From Thermodesulfobacteriota bacterium (GTDB lineage Bacteria; Desulfobacterota; Desulfarculia; JACQYL01), in NCBI GenBank assembly GCA_963675595.2, contig CAXXLZ010000002.1, positions 384,001 through 448,000 of the forward strand: a stretch of DNA of 64,000 nt, in the 5' to 3' direction. Both the position numbers and the translations under genes were made by a program. Position 1 is the stretch's first letter; each line of letters begins with the position of its first letter. Under the pieces are notes generated by a model. The model was not told the origin of the DNA. It made no database searches and worked only from the letters and a program-made list of their open reading frames with translations. Shown here one piece after another: positions 1-10,179 of the stretch.

Positions 1-5
1 GTAAC

Positions 6-728
6 GTGGTTCCCGTCGACCCGTCCAAGATCACCGAGCACGTCAAACATTCCTGGTACGAGGGGGAAGCGGCACTGCATCCTTCAAAAGGTGAAACCAA
101 GCCCGACTTCACCCCCTTGAATACCGAAGATCGCTATTCCTGGCTGAAGGCGCCCAGATACGATGGTCATGCCATGGAGGTCGGTCCTTTGGCTCGTGTG
201 CTCGTTGCTTACGCCAAAGGTCACGAACCGACGAAAAAACTGGTGGACCAAGTGGTCGAAACCCTGGCGATTCCTCCTGCCGCGCTGTTCTCCACTCTCG
301 GTAGGACCGCGGCTCGGGCCATCAACACCAAGGTCATCGCCGACGCCATGATGGACTGGACTACGGAGCTGATCGAACTGATCAAAAAAGGCGACACGCA
401 GACCTATCAGGCCTATGAATGGAAAGACGGCACGGGAATGGGCCTCAACGATGTGCCTCGCGGCGCTTTGGGACACTGGATCCAAGTCGAGGACAAGAAA
501 ATCGGTAATTATCAAATGGTCGTGCCTTCGACCTGGAACCTGGGACCTCGATGTTCGTCGGACATCCTCGGCCCTGTGGAGCAGGCATTGATCGGGACGC
601 CTGTGGCCGATCCCAAGAAGCCTTTGGAGATTCTGCGCACCGTTCATTCCTTCGATCCCTGTATTGCGTGCGCCGTTCATGTGATCGATCCGCACTCCAA
701 CGAGGTATACAAGATCAGGGTCATTTAG
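6..728 (+). CDS. [NiFe] hydrogenase large subunit, C-terminal part (5'-truncated by window edge)
   Basis: YSWLKAPRY, MEVGPLAR, PRGALGHW, VVPSTWN and the L2 motif SFDPCIACAVH followed by a cleavable tail. The motif has Cys, not Sec. Confidence 0.95.
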   Translation: MVPVDPSKITEHVKHSWYEGEAALHPSKGETKPDFTPLNTEDRYSWLKAPRYDGHAMEVGPLARVLVAYAKGHEPTKKLVDQVVETLAIPPAALFSTLGRTAARAINTKVIADAMMDWTTELIELIKKGDTQTYQAYEWKDGTGMGLNDVPRGALGHWIQVEDKKIGNYQMVVPSTWNLGPRCSSDILGPVEQALIGTPVADPKKPLEILRTVHSFDPCIACAVHVIDPHSNEVYKIRVI

Positions 729-803
729 AACCCGAAGGACTCCGACGGGTCGCAACGTGACTGCCGTTTTCGGGCCACGGCGGCCCGACGCGATGGGAAT
801 ACG

Positions 804-1361
804 ATGACGCACTCCGAAGCCGACACCGTGGTTTTGGGCGTGGGGAACGTCCTCCTCCGAGACGAAGGAGTGGGTGTCCACATGATCCATCGACTACGTC
901 GGAAATATGAGTTCCCGGAACACGTGGACCTCGTGGACGGTGGTACCCTGGGACTCAATCTCCTTTCCGTGGTGTGCGGTTGCCGCAGGTTGGTGGTGAT
1001 CGACGCCGTTCGCAATGGTGGTGAACCGGGAGAGGTGTTCGTACTCCGATTCGAAGAACTTCCTTTTCATGTTCGGGCGAAAAATTCCCTCCACCAGGTG
1101 GACCTGGTGGAGGCGATCACCTTGGCCGGATTGATCTCCGATCCTCCCGAAACGATCATTGTGGGAATCGAACCTCTGGACACGGAAGGTTGGGGCACCG
1201 AGCTCACGCCACCCGTGATGAATCAGATAACGCTGCTGGAAGAACGAGTCCTCGAGCAACTTAAATTCCTGGGCGTGTGCCCACAGGAAAGATGCGGAAA
1301 TTTTGAAGAAGACTCCCGGAGTTTTCCCTTCGGAGAGGGAAAGCTCCCCGGGACCCCTTAG
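804..1361 (+). CDS. hydrogenase maturation endopeptidase (HyaD/HybD family)
   Basis: VLGVGNVLLRDEGVG, DGGTLG, VVIDAV and SLHQ motifs. Lies directly downstream of the large subunit. Confidence 0.93.
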   Translation: MTHSEADTVVLGVGNVLLRDEGVGVHMIHRLRRKYEFPEHVDLVDGGTLGLNLLSVVCGCRRLVVIDAVRNGGEPGEVFVLRFEELPFHVRAKNSLHQVDLVEAITLAGLISDPPETIIVGIEPLDTEGWGTELTPPVMNQITLLEERVLEQLKFLGVCPQERCGNFEEDSRSFPFGEGKLPGTP

Positions 1362-1429
1362 TCCAAGCCCTTTAACCCGGACGAGTGCTCAGATCCCCGG
1401 AGCACCGTCGAAACGGTAAGAACCCTATC

Positions 1430-1657
1430 ATGTGTCTAGCCATACCCGCACAGATTATCTCTCTTGAAAACGACTTCGCCCATGTGGACATGGGCGGCAA
1501 TCAACTCAAAATCTCGACTCTGCTGGTTCAGGACCTTCGAGTTGGAGACTTCGTCATCGTGCACGCGGGCTTCGCCATCCACAAGGTGGACGAACGGGAA
1601 GCGCACGAATCCCTCAAACTCCTGCGCCGGATGGCGTCTTCGTTCGTCGGCGATTGA
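1430..1657 (+). CDS. hypC: hydrogenase assembly chaperone HypC/HupF
   Basis: N-terminal MCLAIP (ATG at 1430) and VGDFVIVHAGFAI. Confidence 0.95.
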   Translation: MCLAIPAQIISLENDFAHVDMGGNQLKISTLLVQDLRVGDFVIVHAGFAIHKVDEREAHESLKLLRRMASSFVGD

Positions 1658-1690
1658 AGGCATTATCCCGCAACCGGCCCCAACCCGACA

Positions 1691-2686
1691 CTATCCGGAC
1701 GCCGATTTCATTGAACGATGCGATATGCCTGATTCTTTGAATTCCCCTCGCGTCAGCTCGATGAGTGTTACCTCCGGCGGACACATGAACCGTACCGGAA
1801 CGCAGGACGAGCCCGCTCCCGCACTGGTGTACCCCCACATGGAACGGTGACGCCAAACACCCGCGGAAAAACGACGTGGACATCTCGCGTTGACCATAGG
1901 AGCGCCCACCAAGGGAAGGCGGACCTGCCCCGCGTGCGTGTGTCCGCAGAGGTAGCAGCGTACCCCCATATCCGCCGCCTCCCGGTACAGCTCCGGGGAA
2001 TGAGCCAACAGTATTGTGAACGCGTCTTTGGGTACTCCCCTCATGGCCGAAGCCAAATCGTGGCATCCGTAATAGTGGGGATCGTCCACCCCCAGGAACC
2101 AGAGAGACGCATCCTTCCGCCGAAGCTCCCACGATCGGTTCAACAGCACGGTGACGCCAAACCGCTCCAATTCCTCGGTCAGTCTCAAGGTATCGTGGTT
2201 TCCCGGAACAGCCGTGGAACCATGACGGGTTTCAACGGCCGCCAACACCGTTTTCATGCCCTCCACCGCCCCGTCGACGGCCCCCCCGAGCTCGAAACGA
2301 AAGTCACCGGTGAGCACGCAAAGGTCGACGTCGATGCCGGCGACCCGAGACGCGATCACCCGGGGAAGATCGGGCAAACCATCGATATGCAGGTCTGAAA
2401 GTTGGAGAATTCGAAAACCATGAAATGCAGGGGGAAGATCCGGAAATCGGAACACGATGTTGGTAAGTTGAAGATTCAGGGCGTTCCGCTCACCCCGGAT
2501 CCGGAGACCGGTCCAAACCAGAAACAGCTTGATCAATCCGCGAAGGAGTGGAACATTCTCCCAGTGAAGAAATCCCTTGCCCCGTCCCGAACGTATTCTT
2601 GGGGTTATCCTCTCGAGACGCAGCCTTTCCCGGCGCAGCTCATCGGCCCTTCGGTCCGGTGTTCCGATGTTCATGGTCGGCCCCAC
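1691..2686 (-). CDS. calcineurin-like metallophosphoesterase
   Basis: SDLH, TGDF, PGNHD, LLAHSP and GHTHAGQV motifs. Start could be 2674. Confidence 0.9.
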   Translation of the reverse strand: MGPTMNIGTPDRRADELRRERLRLERITPRIRSGRGKGFLHWENVPLLRGLIKLFLVWTGLRIRGERNALNLQLTNIVFRFPDLPPAFHGFRILQLSDLHIDGLPDLPRVIASRVAGIDVDLCVLTGDFRFELGGAVDGAVEGMKTVLAAVETRHGSTAVPGNHDTLRLTEELERFGVTVLLNRSWELRRKDASLWFLGVDDPHYYGCHDLASAMRGVPKDAFTILLAHSPELYREAADMGVRCYLCGHTHAGQVRLPLVGAPMVNARCPRRFSAGVWRHRSMWGYTSAGAGSSCVPVRFMCPPEVTLIELTRGEFKESGISHRSMKSASG

Positions 2687-2799
2687 CCAAAGAGAGGCGA
2701 AAGCGACGGTCGGCGTCCTTCATTCAGGGAGACTCTGAGTCACTGTGTATCGACGACAAGAGAGAGGAACCACCCTTCTCGAATATTAAGCCTCTCCGT

Positions 2800-3165
2800 T
2801 CAGGAAAGAAGTTCCTTGAGGGCGCCCAGGATCTCGCTCCTTTCAAACGGCTTGGCGAAGGCGTGTTTCACGCCCATGGTCTTGACGATCTGCAAATACT
2901 GGGTGGCCTCGATGAATCCTCCTCCCGATATGGCGATGACTTTGGCATTCGGATACTCTTTCTTGAGTTCCAGAATGGTCTGAATACCTTCTTGCTCCGG
3001 CATGATGATGTCCGTGACCACCACGTCCGCCGGTCGGGTTCGGTACTCCTTCATTCCTTCCTTGCCGTTGGAGGCCTCGACCACCTCATGTCCTTCCCTT
3101 TCAAGCATCTTCCGGAGAAAAGCACGGATGGCCTGTTCGTCGTCAATAATCAAAATGCGAGCCAC
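2800..3165 (-). CDS. stand-alone response regulator receiver (CheY-like)
   Basis: ILIIDDE, VVTDIIMPEQEG, AISGG and AKPF. GTG start at 3165 after an AGGAG RBS. Confidence 0.9.
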   Translation of the reverse strand: MARILIIDDEQAIRAFLRKMLEREGHEVVEASNGKEGMKEYRTRPADVVVTDIIMPEQEGIQTILELKKEYPNAKVIAISGGGFIEATQYLQIVKTMGVKHAFAKPFERSEILGALKELLS

Positions 3166-3753
3166 TTCTTGCTCCTCCCGGTTCTTTCCACGACTTCCCC
3201 AAACGATTCGGAGAGAGCCGTTCAATGCGATGGATTAGCCAATCCGTCGGCCGGTTTCCACATATCCGAAACGCCCGTCCGACTACGGCACGAATATTGT
3301 ATCGCACCAATTGCGCTTTCGGCAACTTCACCTTTTTGGTCGCCGGAAGGGGCGCACAACGCGCCGCCCCCGAAACTCCGTGGATTCTAACACGCCACGA
3401 TCGATCGCGCTATCGTGAAAACCATGAGTCCGACTCATGGTTTTCATGAGAAGAAGAGGAGAATGGGTAGATTTGGGACTCGGTGCTCGTCGGCAAACCC
3501 CGGAGGGTCCGGCGATTGTTGGTCCGATGGACCGAGGCCGCGAACCGGCGACCCATCATAGGCCATGAACGTGGGAACGAACCGAAGGAAGGAAAATATA
3601 GAAAGGGTGATTCCTTCGTCGGGCTGTCGCCAAAGGCAACCCGGGCGTTACGCCGGATCTTTCGGCACTGCGGCCGACTGTGCGTCTTTCCGTATTTTTT
3701 TCAGCGGCTTACATAGCTCGGGTTCCTTTTGGGGGGCACGGAACCACTCGGTA

Positions 3754-4779
3754 TTAAGAGTCTTTCGCTCCGGGACGGTAGCGAATTCCGGTTATCGCTT
3801 CCCGGTCCAGATCGAACAGTGTCACGCTTCGTCCCCCCTGTATCAATCGAACCTTGGAATCTCCGGTAACCCGACCGACTTTGTCGGCCGTCACTCCCTT
3901 CGCCTTGAAGAGATCGAGTACGGTATCCGTGTTTCGAGGAGGCACCGCCAAAACAAACCCGAAACTCTGAAAGCACAGGAGCCAATCGGCAAGAGAAACG
4001 GCATCGGGCCGGGGTATCCGATCGAGATGGATGACGGCCCCTTTTCCGGAATTCTCCATCATCACTGCCGCGGTCCCCAGGATCCCCGCGTTACTCACAT
4101 CTTTGGCCGCCACGGAAAGCTCGCTTTCCGCGATCCGGGGCATGGCGTCAAGCCGGTCCAATATTTGCTCCGAGGTCTTGCCGGAATTGGCATCCCAACT
4201 CACCACGGATCGGCAACCGGGCCGACCGTCCAAATCCACGGCCAGAATCAGATCGTCCCCTTCTTCGGCCAGGTGGCTCCTGAGCACCTTCTTCGCCCAC
4301 CCCAGGATCGCCACACTTAGTGAAGGCTGGTCCTTTGGAGCATCCGGGTGCAGGTGCCCTCCCAACATGGGCACCTTCAACTTCATACATCCCTTGGCGA
4401 TGCCTTCCACAATCCCGGCGAGTTGCTCGTCTTCTCCACAGGCCAAGACATTCACCAGTCCCAAAGGTCGGCCTCCCATGGAATATATGTCGTTCACCGT
4501 CACCATGATCGATGCCTTGCCCGCCGCATAAGGTTCGTGAAGCAGCAGACCGGTCATCATGCCGTCCGCGGCCAGAAGCAAAAACCCGTCCCCCCAAGGG
4601 ATGACCGCAGCGTCGTCCCCGTAGCTCGGGAGTTGCTTTCCATATACCTGTGTACAGGACAATGCCCGCACCACATTTTGAATGGGTCGCTTACGCAGTA
4701 CGCCCTCGTAATTCCTTACCCGCTCAATAATCTCATCGATTTCCGACCGCAACGAATTCTCCTTATTCTTCAGCGGCAA
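3754..4779 (-). CDS. AIR-synthase/PurM-fold protein, sll0787/NitF-like
   Basis: YGDDAAVI, VTVNDIYSMGGRP, LGGHLHP and AAKDVSNAG. Lies directly downstream of the MSMEG_0568-type radical SAM. Confidence 0.85.
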   Translation of the reverse strand: MPLKNKENSLRSEIDEIIERVRNYEGVLRKRPIQNVVRALSCTQVYGKQLPSYGDDAAVIPWGDGFLLLAADGMMTGLLLHEPYAAGKASIMVTVNDIYSMGGRPLGLVNVLACGEDEQLAGIVEGIAKGCMKLKVPMLGGHLHPDAPKDQPSLSVAILGWAKKVLRSHLAEEGDDLILAVDLDGRPGCRSVVSWDANSGKTSEQILDRLDAMPRIAESELSVAAKDVSNAGILGTAAVMMENSGKGAVIHLDRIPRPDAVSLADWLLCFQSFGFVLAVPPRNTDTVLDLFKAKGVTADKVGRVTGDSKVRLIQGGRSVTLFDLDREAITGIRYRPGAKDS

Positions 4780-4848
4780 GAAACAAAGGCGTCCGGAACT
4801 CCGGACCGCCCCTCTCGAGCCTTCTCGAAATCGAAACCTCAGATTGAT

Positions 4849-6426
4849 TCAGGTGAGGTCGGCCGCCATCAACTGGTGACGTTTACCACAAATCCAAACC
4901 GGTTCCCCCACGGGCGTCCACCCGAGTTTTCCGAAGAATCGAATGTTCTGCTCCTGAATGTGGGCGGTAAACCGAGTGCATCCTTTTCCGCGCACGTAAC
5001 GAACGGCCTCACGTACCAGCATTTCACCCACCTGAGAAGATCGGTATTCCCTCAACACGGCGAGCCGTCCGCCCACCCAATGCCCGTCATCTTGATTCGA
5101 CCGAAACACGCGCACCGTGCCCACAATGCCGCCCCCCGTTTCCGCCACGAGGTACGTGCTCGCCGCATCGTGATCGTCCACGTCGGAATCTTCAAAAAGT
5201 CTCTGCTCCTCAACGAAGATCCGGCGTCGAATGTCCAAGGCGTCCCGAATCTCACCCGGGGAACGTACTACATGACACGCCACACGGGAGGGAGCCCCTT
5301 CGTAAAGGGACAAAGCCGAGCAAGCGCCGCACCGGACGCAACCCGCCTTGCATTCCCCGGATGACAGTCCCTTCCTGCGAAGGATTTCCGCCACCGCTTC
5401 ATAGATGTTTTCCATGCGCTCGGGAGCGGGGGGCCTTTTCCCGGCCATGAGTGATCCCGGAACCGGTCTCAACGGAACCACGTACGGAAAAACGCCCAAG
5501 TCGGCAAGCAGTTCTCCGCCCCGAATCACCGATTCGTCCGTTTCGCCCAAACCCACGATGACGAAACTGCTCACCTGGTTGGGTCCGAACAACTCCACGG
5601 CTTTTTTCCAGGCTCGTTCATAGCGTTGCATCCCCAGTTCCGACTTGGCCGGAGCCATACGCGCCAGAACGTCGGGATCGAAACTCTCCGCGTGAATACC
5701 GACGGTAGCCACGCCCGATTCCTTTAGTTTCTCCATTCTCCCAAGATCGCCGGGCGGCATAAACTGAACATGCACCGGGAGTCCCGTGCTTTCGACCACC
5801 GAGCGGGCACATTCTGCGAGGCGATCCAGTTCTTCCCCATCCACAAATGCGGTTCCCGACGTGAGCACCACATGGGAAATCGCGCTGGATGCCAAAGCCG
5901 CCCGGGCGACCTCCGCAAGCTGTTCCGGAGACTTGGTTTCAATTGTGGTTCCGTTGCGAGCAGTAATCTCGACGCCACAGAATCGACATCGGCCACCCGT
6001 CCTCCAGAACCTGCACCGCTGAATCACGGTGCAGGCCAAGCAGTCCGTTCCGTGAAGCAGCGCGATCTTTCGATATCCGACGCCGTTCTCATCCGCAAGC
6101 GAGTAAAATTCGGGTTCCGGGACCACCTCCACGGCAAAGAGCTCTTCTCCGCCGACGGTCAGGAGGAACTCTCCGTCTCTAAGAATCAGGGAATAAGGCG
6201 ATTCGGCGGTATATGCCGCAGCGATGGGTACGTTTTTCGGAATTCCCTCAAACAGAACGGCGCGGCCATCCGCCGGACCCGCACCGCCGCTGCGTCCCTG
6301 CAACGTTCCGGCGACGCGGACGCCCAGGCTCTGCAAGTCCGTAACGACCCTGCGCAGATACCGAGGAAACGATCCGTCGGCGCGAGCAGAGATTTCGGAG
6401 TCCGCAATGGGAGATTGAGAATGCAT
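4849..6426 (-). CDS. MSMEG_0568/NitD-family radical SAM fused to a C-terminal MSMEG_0567/NitE-type GNAT acetyltransferase
   Basis: GRSGGAGPAD, KIALLHGTDCLA, Cx8CxxC (CRFWRTGGRCRFC) and KAGCVRCGACS. These are followed by a GNAT domain (RRRIFVEEQ...VGTVR...GGRLAV...F...GW). ATG 6426 follows a GAGGGAG RBS. Confidence 0.85.
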   Translation of the reverse strand: MHSQSPIADSEISARADGSFPRYLRRVVTDLQSLGVRVAGTLQGRSGGAGPADGRAVLFEGIPKNVPIAAAYTAESPYSLILRDGEFLLTVGGEELFAVEVVPEPEFYSLADENGVGYRKIALLHGTDCLACTVIQRCRFWRTGGRCRFCGVEITARNGTTIETKSPEQLAEVARAALASSAISHVVLTSGTAFVDGEELDRLAECARSVVESTGLPVHVQFMPPGDLGRMEKLKESGVATVGIHAESFDPDVLARMAPAKSELGMQRYERAWKKAVELFGPNQVSSFVIVGLGETDESVIRGGELLADLGVFPYVVPLRPVPGSLMAGKRPPAPERMENIYEAVAEILRRKGLSSGECKAGCVRCGACSALSLYEGAPSRVACHVVRSPGEIRDALDIRRRIFVEEQRLFEDSDVDDHDAASTYLVAETGGGIVGTVRVFRSNQDDGHWVGGRLAVLREYRSSQVGEMLVREAVRYVRGKGCTRFTAHIQEQNIRFFGKLGWTPVGEPVWICGKRHQLMAADLT

Positions 6427-6881
6427 TGGACTACTCCCTCCGCAGCCCGAGAACACACGATATTCCGTGCCGGATCACCCGTTACCACGGCCGGCGGCGG
6501 GATACGCCTATCGGGCGAAATCCGCGGCACGGGTCCGTCGCTGGTCATCGGGAAATCGCCGGAGGATCGGGTTCGGAGCACTCGCTTCGAATGAGACCGG
6601 ATCGGTGCGTCCATGAGGATTGAGTAGGGCGAGTTCCAGCGATCGACTACGGCGAAGGAGTGATCGTCGCATTCCGCCGCCGGTATGGTCGGTGGGCGGT
6701 TCCACCGGATCGGCGCCGCAGGCTGCGTTCTTGGGCGAACCTCCAAGGACGAGTCGCCCTTGGGACAAAAGATCGATTCACGGACAATCCGACCAAGCGG
6801 CTTACCCCTCGGCGAACCATGGGAACACAGACGATCCACTTCGCCCGCCGATCCGTTCTTCCGGCGGTTGGGGCCGGGGAT

Positions 6882-6915
6882 CCCCGTGTTCGCCTCTCCA
6901 AGAGGCAACACGGGG
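6882..6915 (-). terminator. GC-rich stem-loop downstream of the ferritin-like gene
   Basis: CCCCGTGTT(c)GCCTCT-CCA-AGAGGC-AACACGGGG inverted repeat. No clear U-tract. Confidence 0.45.
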
Positions 6916-6949
6916 CCCCCTTTTGCCGGATGGATGGTTGCCGGAGGCT

Positions 6950-7393
6950 CTATTTCAAGCCTTGAACCTTGTTTTTCAGTTTTCCGTTCTCTTTGGCCAT
7001 CTGTTTGTAGACTTTGGAGGCCTCTCTGGAGAGCTCCTTCGCCGTTTCCGTGAGGGCGAGGTAGAACGTCTCGCAACTTTCCTCGACGGCGATGGCCTTA
7101 TCCAGGACCCCGGAATTGTCGGTGATTTCGACGTCGGGCAGATACGCCTCCCGGTCAAGTCCACAAACCGGTTCCAGGATCATCTCATTGAGCTTCTGCT
7201 GGCGTGTTTCCTCAAGAAGCCGGTAGCGTTTCTTGTGAACGTCCGCCAGGGCATTGAGGTCTTCCGCCGCAGAGGGCACGCACTCGGCGGCGCTTCTGTA
7301 GAATTCCTCGACAGCCTCCTCCATGCACAGAGAATACCTGATCACGGAGGAAAACGTCTTCATTTCGGGGAATTTGGAGAAGTCTATAGCCAT
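6950..7393 (-). CDS. rubrerythrin/ferritin-like helical protein
   Basis: Two E-x6-FY helix motifs (MEEAVEEFY, VEESCETFY) with degenerate ExxH sites. Overlaps the upstream ALDH by 10 bp. Confidence 0.7.
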   Translation of the reverse strand: MAIDFSKFPEMKTFSSVIRYSLCMEEAVEEFYRSAAECVPSAAEDLNALADVHKKRYRLLEETRQQKLNEMILEPVCGLDREAYLPDVEITDNSGVLDKAIAVEESCETFYLALTETAKELSREASKVYKQMAKENGKLKNKVQGLK

Positions 7394-8868
7394 CTCGTGA
7401 TCACAACCTTTCTATCCGTGAAGAAGTTGACCGCATCGTAGCCCTGGCCGTGCAGGTCACCGAAGAAGGAATCATTCATTCCGGCGAAGGGGAAATAGGC
7501 CATGGCGGCAACGATGCCGATGTTGATACCGATGTTGCCGGACGTCACTTCGTATCGGAACTTCCGCGCGTCGGGTCCGGAGGAGGTGTAGATCGAGCCC
7601 GCGTTGCCGAAGGGGCAGGCATTCATGAACTCGATGGCCTCGTCCAGGTCCTTGAAACGCATGACCGAAACCACGGGGCCGAAAATTTCTTCCTTGCAGA
7701 TCGTGTGGTCCGGGTTCACTTCCTCAAAGATCGTGGGACCCACAAAGGCGCCATCTTCGTATCCGGGAACCGTGACGTTTCGGCCGTCCACGAGCATCTT
7801 GGCACCTTCTTTAATGCCGACCTCGATGTAATTCAAGACCTTCTGCTGCGCCTTCTTGGAGACCAACGGACCCATGCTGGTGGATTCATCCAGGCCGTAG
7901 CCCAGCTTCAGATTCTTGGCCATGGCCACGAATTGGTCCAGCATCTCATGGTAGAAATCGTCGCCGCCGACGATGGCCAGATTGGCTCCGGCGAGACATC
8001 GCTGACCGGCGCAACCGAAGAAAGAGGAGATCATGTTGGGCACGGTCTTCTTCAGATTGCAGTCGGGCATAACCACGATGGTGTTCTTCGCGCCGCCCTG
8101 CGCCTGCACTCTCTTCTTATACTCGGCGCTGAGCTTGTAGACATGGTGAGCCACCGGAGTGGAACCCACGAAGGAGATTCCCTTGACGTCGGGATGCATC
8201 ATCAGGTGGTCGGCCAACTCGTGGCTGCCGTTCACCAGGTTGATCACACCGGCGGGAAACCCGGCCTCCTCAATGGCCTCAAACATGATCTGCTGCGTCA
8301 TGGGTACCTGGCTGGAGGGCTTGACCACATAGGTGTTGCCCGTAGCCACGGCATACGGCCAGAACCAATAGGGGATCATGGCGGGGAAATTGTAGGGCGA
8401 AAGGCACGCGAACACGCCCAACGGGCAGCGAATGGCTTCTTCGTCGATGCCGGCCGCAGCCCCGTCTTCGAGAGAGTAGCCCATCTGCATGGTGGTAATG
8501 CCGCTGGCGGTCTCCACATTTTCGATGGCTCTCCGCACTTCACCGCGCGATTCGTCGATGGTCTTTCCCATCTCCTGCACCAGGACCCTGGCGAAGTCCT
8601 CGAATCGCTTCTCCATGAGTTCCTTGAGCTTGAACATGTAACGAACGCGGGTCACGGGCGCGGTTTCACGCCAATCCTGATAGGCTTCTTTGGCGGCCGC
8701 CACGGCGTCGTCGATTTCCGACTTGGGGGACATGGGGACCTGCCCGATGACCTCGTTCTTGGCCGGGTTCACAATGTCCTTGCTTTCGCCTTTGGACTCG
8801 ACCCATTCGCCGTCAATGAAGTTTTTCAGGGTACCGTAGTTGGCTTTAACTTCAGGTAAATGCGACAT
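7384..8868 (-). CDS. mmsA: CoA-acylating (methyl)malonate-semialdehyde dehydrogenase
   Basis: PYNFPAMIP, SFVGSTPVA, QAQGGAKN, FGCAGQRC, EEIFGPV and FFGDLHGQG, all typical of MMSDH. Confidence 0.88.
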   Translation of the reverse strand: MSHLPEVKANYGTLKNFIDGEWVESKGESKDIVNPAKNEVIGQVPMSPKSEIDDAVAAAKEAYQDWRETAPVTRVRYMFKLKELMEKRFEDFARVLVQEMGKTIDESRGEVRRAIENVETASGITTMQMGYSLEDGAAAGIDEEAIRCPLGVFACLSPYNFPAMIPYWFWPYAVATGNTYVVKPSSQVPMTQQIMFEAIEEAGFPAGVINLVNGSHELADHLMMHPDVKGISFVGSTPVAHHVYKLSAEYKKRVQAQGGAKNTIVVMPDCNLKKTVPNMISSFFGCAGQRCLAGANLAIVGGDDFYHEMLDQFVAMAKNLKLGYGLDESTSMGPLVSKKAQQKVLNYIEVGIKEGAKMLVDGRNVTVPGYEDGAFVGPTIFEEVNPDHTICKEEIFGPVVSVMRFKDLDEAIEFMNACPFGNAGSIYTSSGPDARKFRYEVTSGNIGINIGIVAAMAYFPFAGMNDSFFGDLHGQGYDAVNFFTDRKVVITRWL

Positions 8869-8991
8869 GTAACCATTTCCTCCTGTTTCTGGTTCTTTCC
8901 TATGCCAATGGCTGGATCTTCTCGTTATGCGATGAACACTCCATCATCCCCTCCGGCTACGGTAGCGACGCCGGAGGAGGATACCAAGCCT

Positions 8992-10083
8992 TCACAGAGG
9001 CGACTCCATTGCAAAGGCCACCTTCTTAATTAAATTGGCGGCGATTCGATACGTTCGATCCGTATCGCCGTCGGCCGTCGGTTCCCCCGCCCTTCTGGGG
9101 TTGAATTCCACCACGTCCATGCCGGCGAGGCGGACACCCTCCTCAAGCAAAGGCATTACGGCGGACGCCGCTGCATAGATCTGGCGTTCTTGAAGGCCCT
9201 GCCAATTGCGAAAACGTACTCCCTCCACTGCGTTGCGCGCCCCGATGTCCATGTCCACGGAGACGTAGACATAGGGAGTTTCCACTTGCCGCAAAATTCG
9301 TTTCAGCTTGGACGGACCAACCAGGCAGTCGCTCTTGGTAATCAGCTGGACTCCCAGTTTCTTCAGATCGGAGTAGATGCCCACGTACGCGGCCACGCGC
9401 GGGTCCTTCACTCGAGTAGCTCTCTTCTGAGGGAAGTCGCTGATTCCCACCACATAGAGGTTCTCGGGAAGCACCACCTCGCTCGACAAAAGGTCGTTCA
9501 AGAAGGAACTGGCGTTGTATGACTCCGGTCTCCCACTCAAAAAAGGATCGTTCGGGTCGTGCAGGGATTTAGGGTTGGTGTCCAAATCGTACTGAATCAG
9601 CCCTGTCATGACGGACATGGGAATCGCATCCGTGTGACTGTCCAGTACAATCAGTGAAAGGTTCTCCGAGCCGTAACGATCGGACACGGCCCGGACCACC
9701 CCGCCGGTCAGAGAGTGGTCCACGGCGATCATGCATGGAATCATCGGAAGCACGCGCTCTCGGACCAGATCTTCGACCTGGGAAGCAAAGGTCCGGCAAC
9801 CGTCGCGATCCAAGAAGGCGACGAATTCGTCCACCACGACCCTTGCGGAATCACCGGGCAACGGCTTGGGCCTCAACCACTCAGGAACATCTATGGAGCC
9901 GCGCTCCTCGAACAGGGATTCCGGGACTTCGTTCCGGATCAATTCCATCACCCGATCGTAAGGATCATCGGTCTCTCCCGCCCGCTTAGATACGGAGAGC
10001 TTTTCCTGAATCGAGTCGTCCTTCTCGTCGCAGTCCAAAGGACATCCGAAGAACACGACCTGTCTGTCATCCGGCGGATTCAT
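8992..10083 (-). CDS. arginase/agmatinase-family ureohydrolase (divergent)
   Basis: VDHSLT, LDSHTD, VSVDMD and MDVVEFNP metal-ligand motifs. Confidence 0.8.
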   Translation of the reverse strand: MNPPDDRQVVFFGCPLDCDEKDDSIQEKLSVSKRAGETDDPYDRVMELIRNEVPESLFEERGSIDVPEWLRPKPLPGDSARVVVDEFVAFLDRDGCRTFASQVEDLVRERVLPMIPCMIAVDHSLTGGVVRAVSDRYGSENLSLIVLDSHTDAIPMSVMTGLIQYDLDTNPKSLHDPNDPFLSGRPESYNASSFLNDLLSSEVVLPENLYVVGISDFPQKRATRVKDPRVAAYVGIYSDLKKLGVQLITKSDCLVGPSKLKRILRQVETPYVYVSVDMDIGARNAVEGVRFRNWQGLQERQIYAAASAVMPLLEEGVRLAGMDVVEFNPRRAGEPTADGDTDRTYRIAANLIKKVAFAMESPL

Positions 10084-10122
10084 GAATTCCTCGATCGGGT
10101 AGCCTTTACGGGTCTCCGGATA

Positions 10123-10154
10123 CGTGACCCCGTCCTCGAAGGGGCGGGGTCACG
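10123..10154 (-). terminator. intergenic stem-loop between the methyltransferase and ureohydrolase genes
   Basis: CGTGACCCCGTCCT...GGGGCGGGGTCACG inverted repeat. Confidence 0.4.
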
Positions 10155-10179
10155 AGGATATCTTACGACGGGGAATGAT

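Noticed and set aside
640-680. Selenocysteine ([NiFeSe]) hydrogenase
   Set aside because: The motif is DPCIAC with a TGT Cys codon and no in-frame TGA.
6460-6940. Riboswitch (for example guanidine) or small gene in the 500-bp gap upstream of the rSAM-GNAT
   Set aside because: No recognisable consensus by eye. An Rfam scan would be needed.
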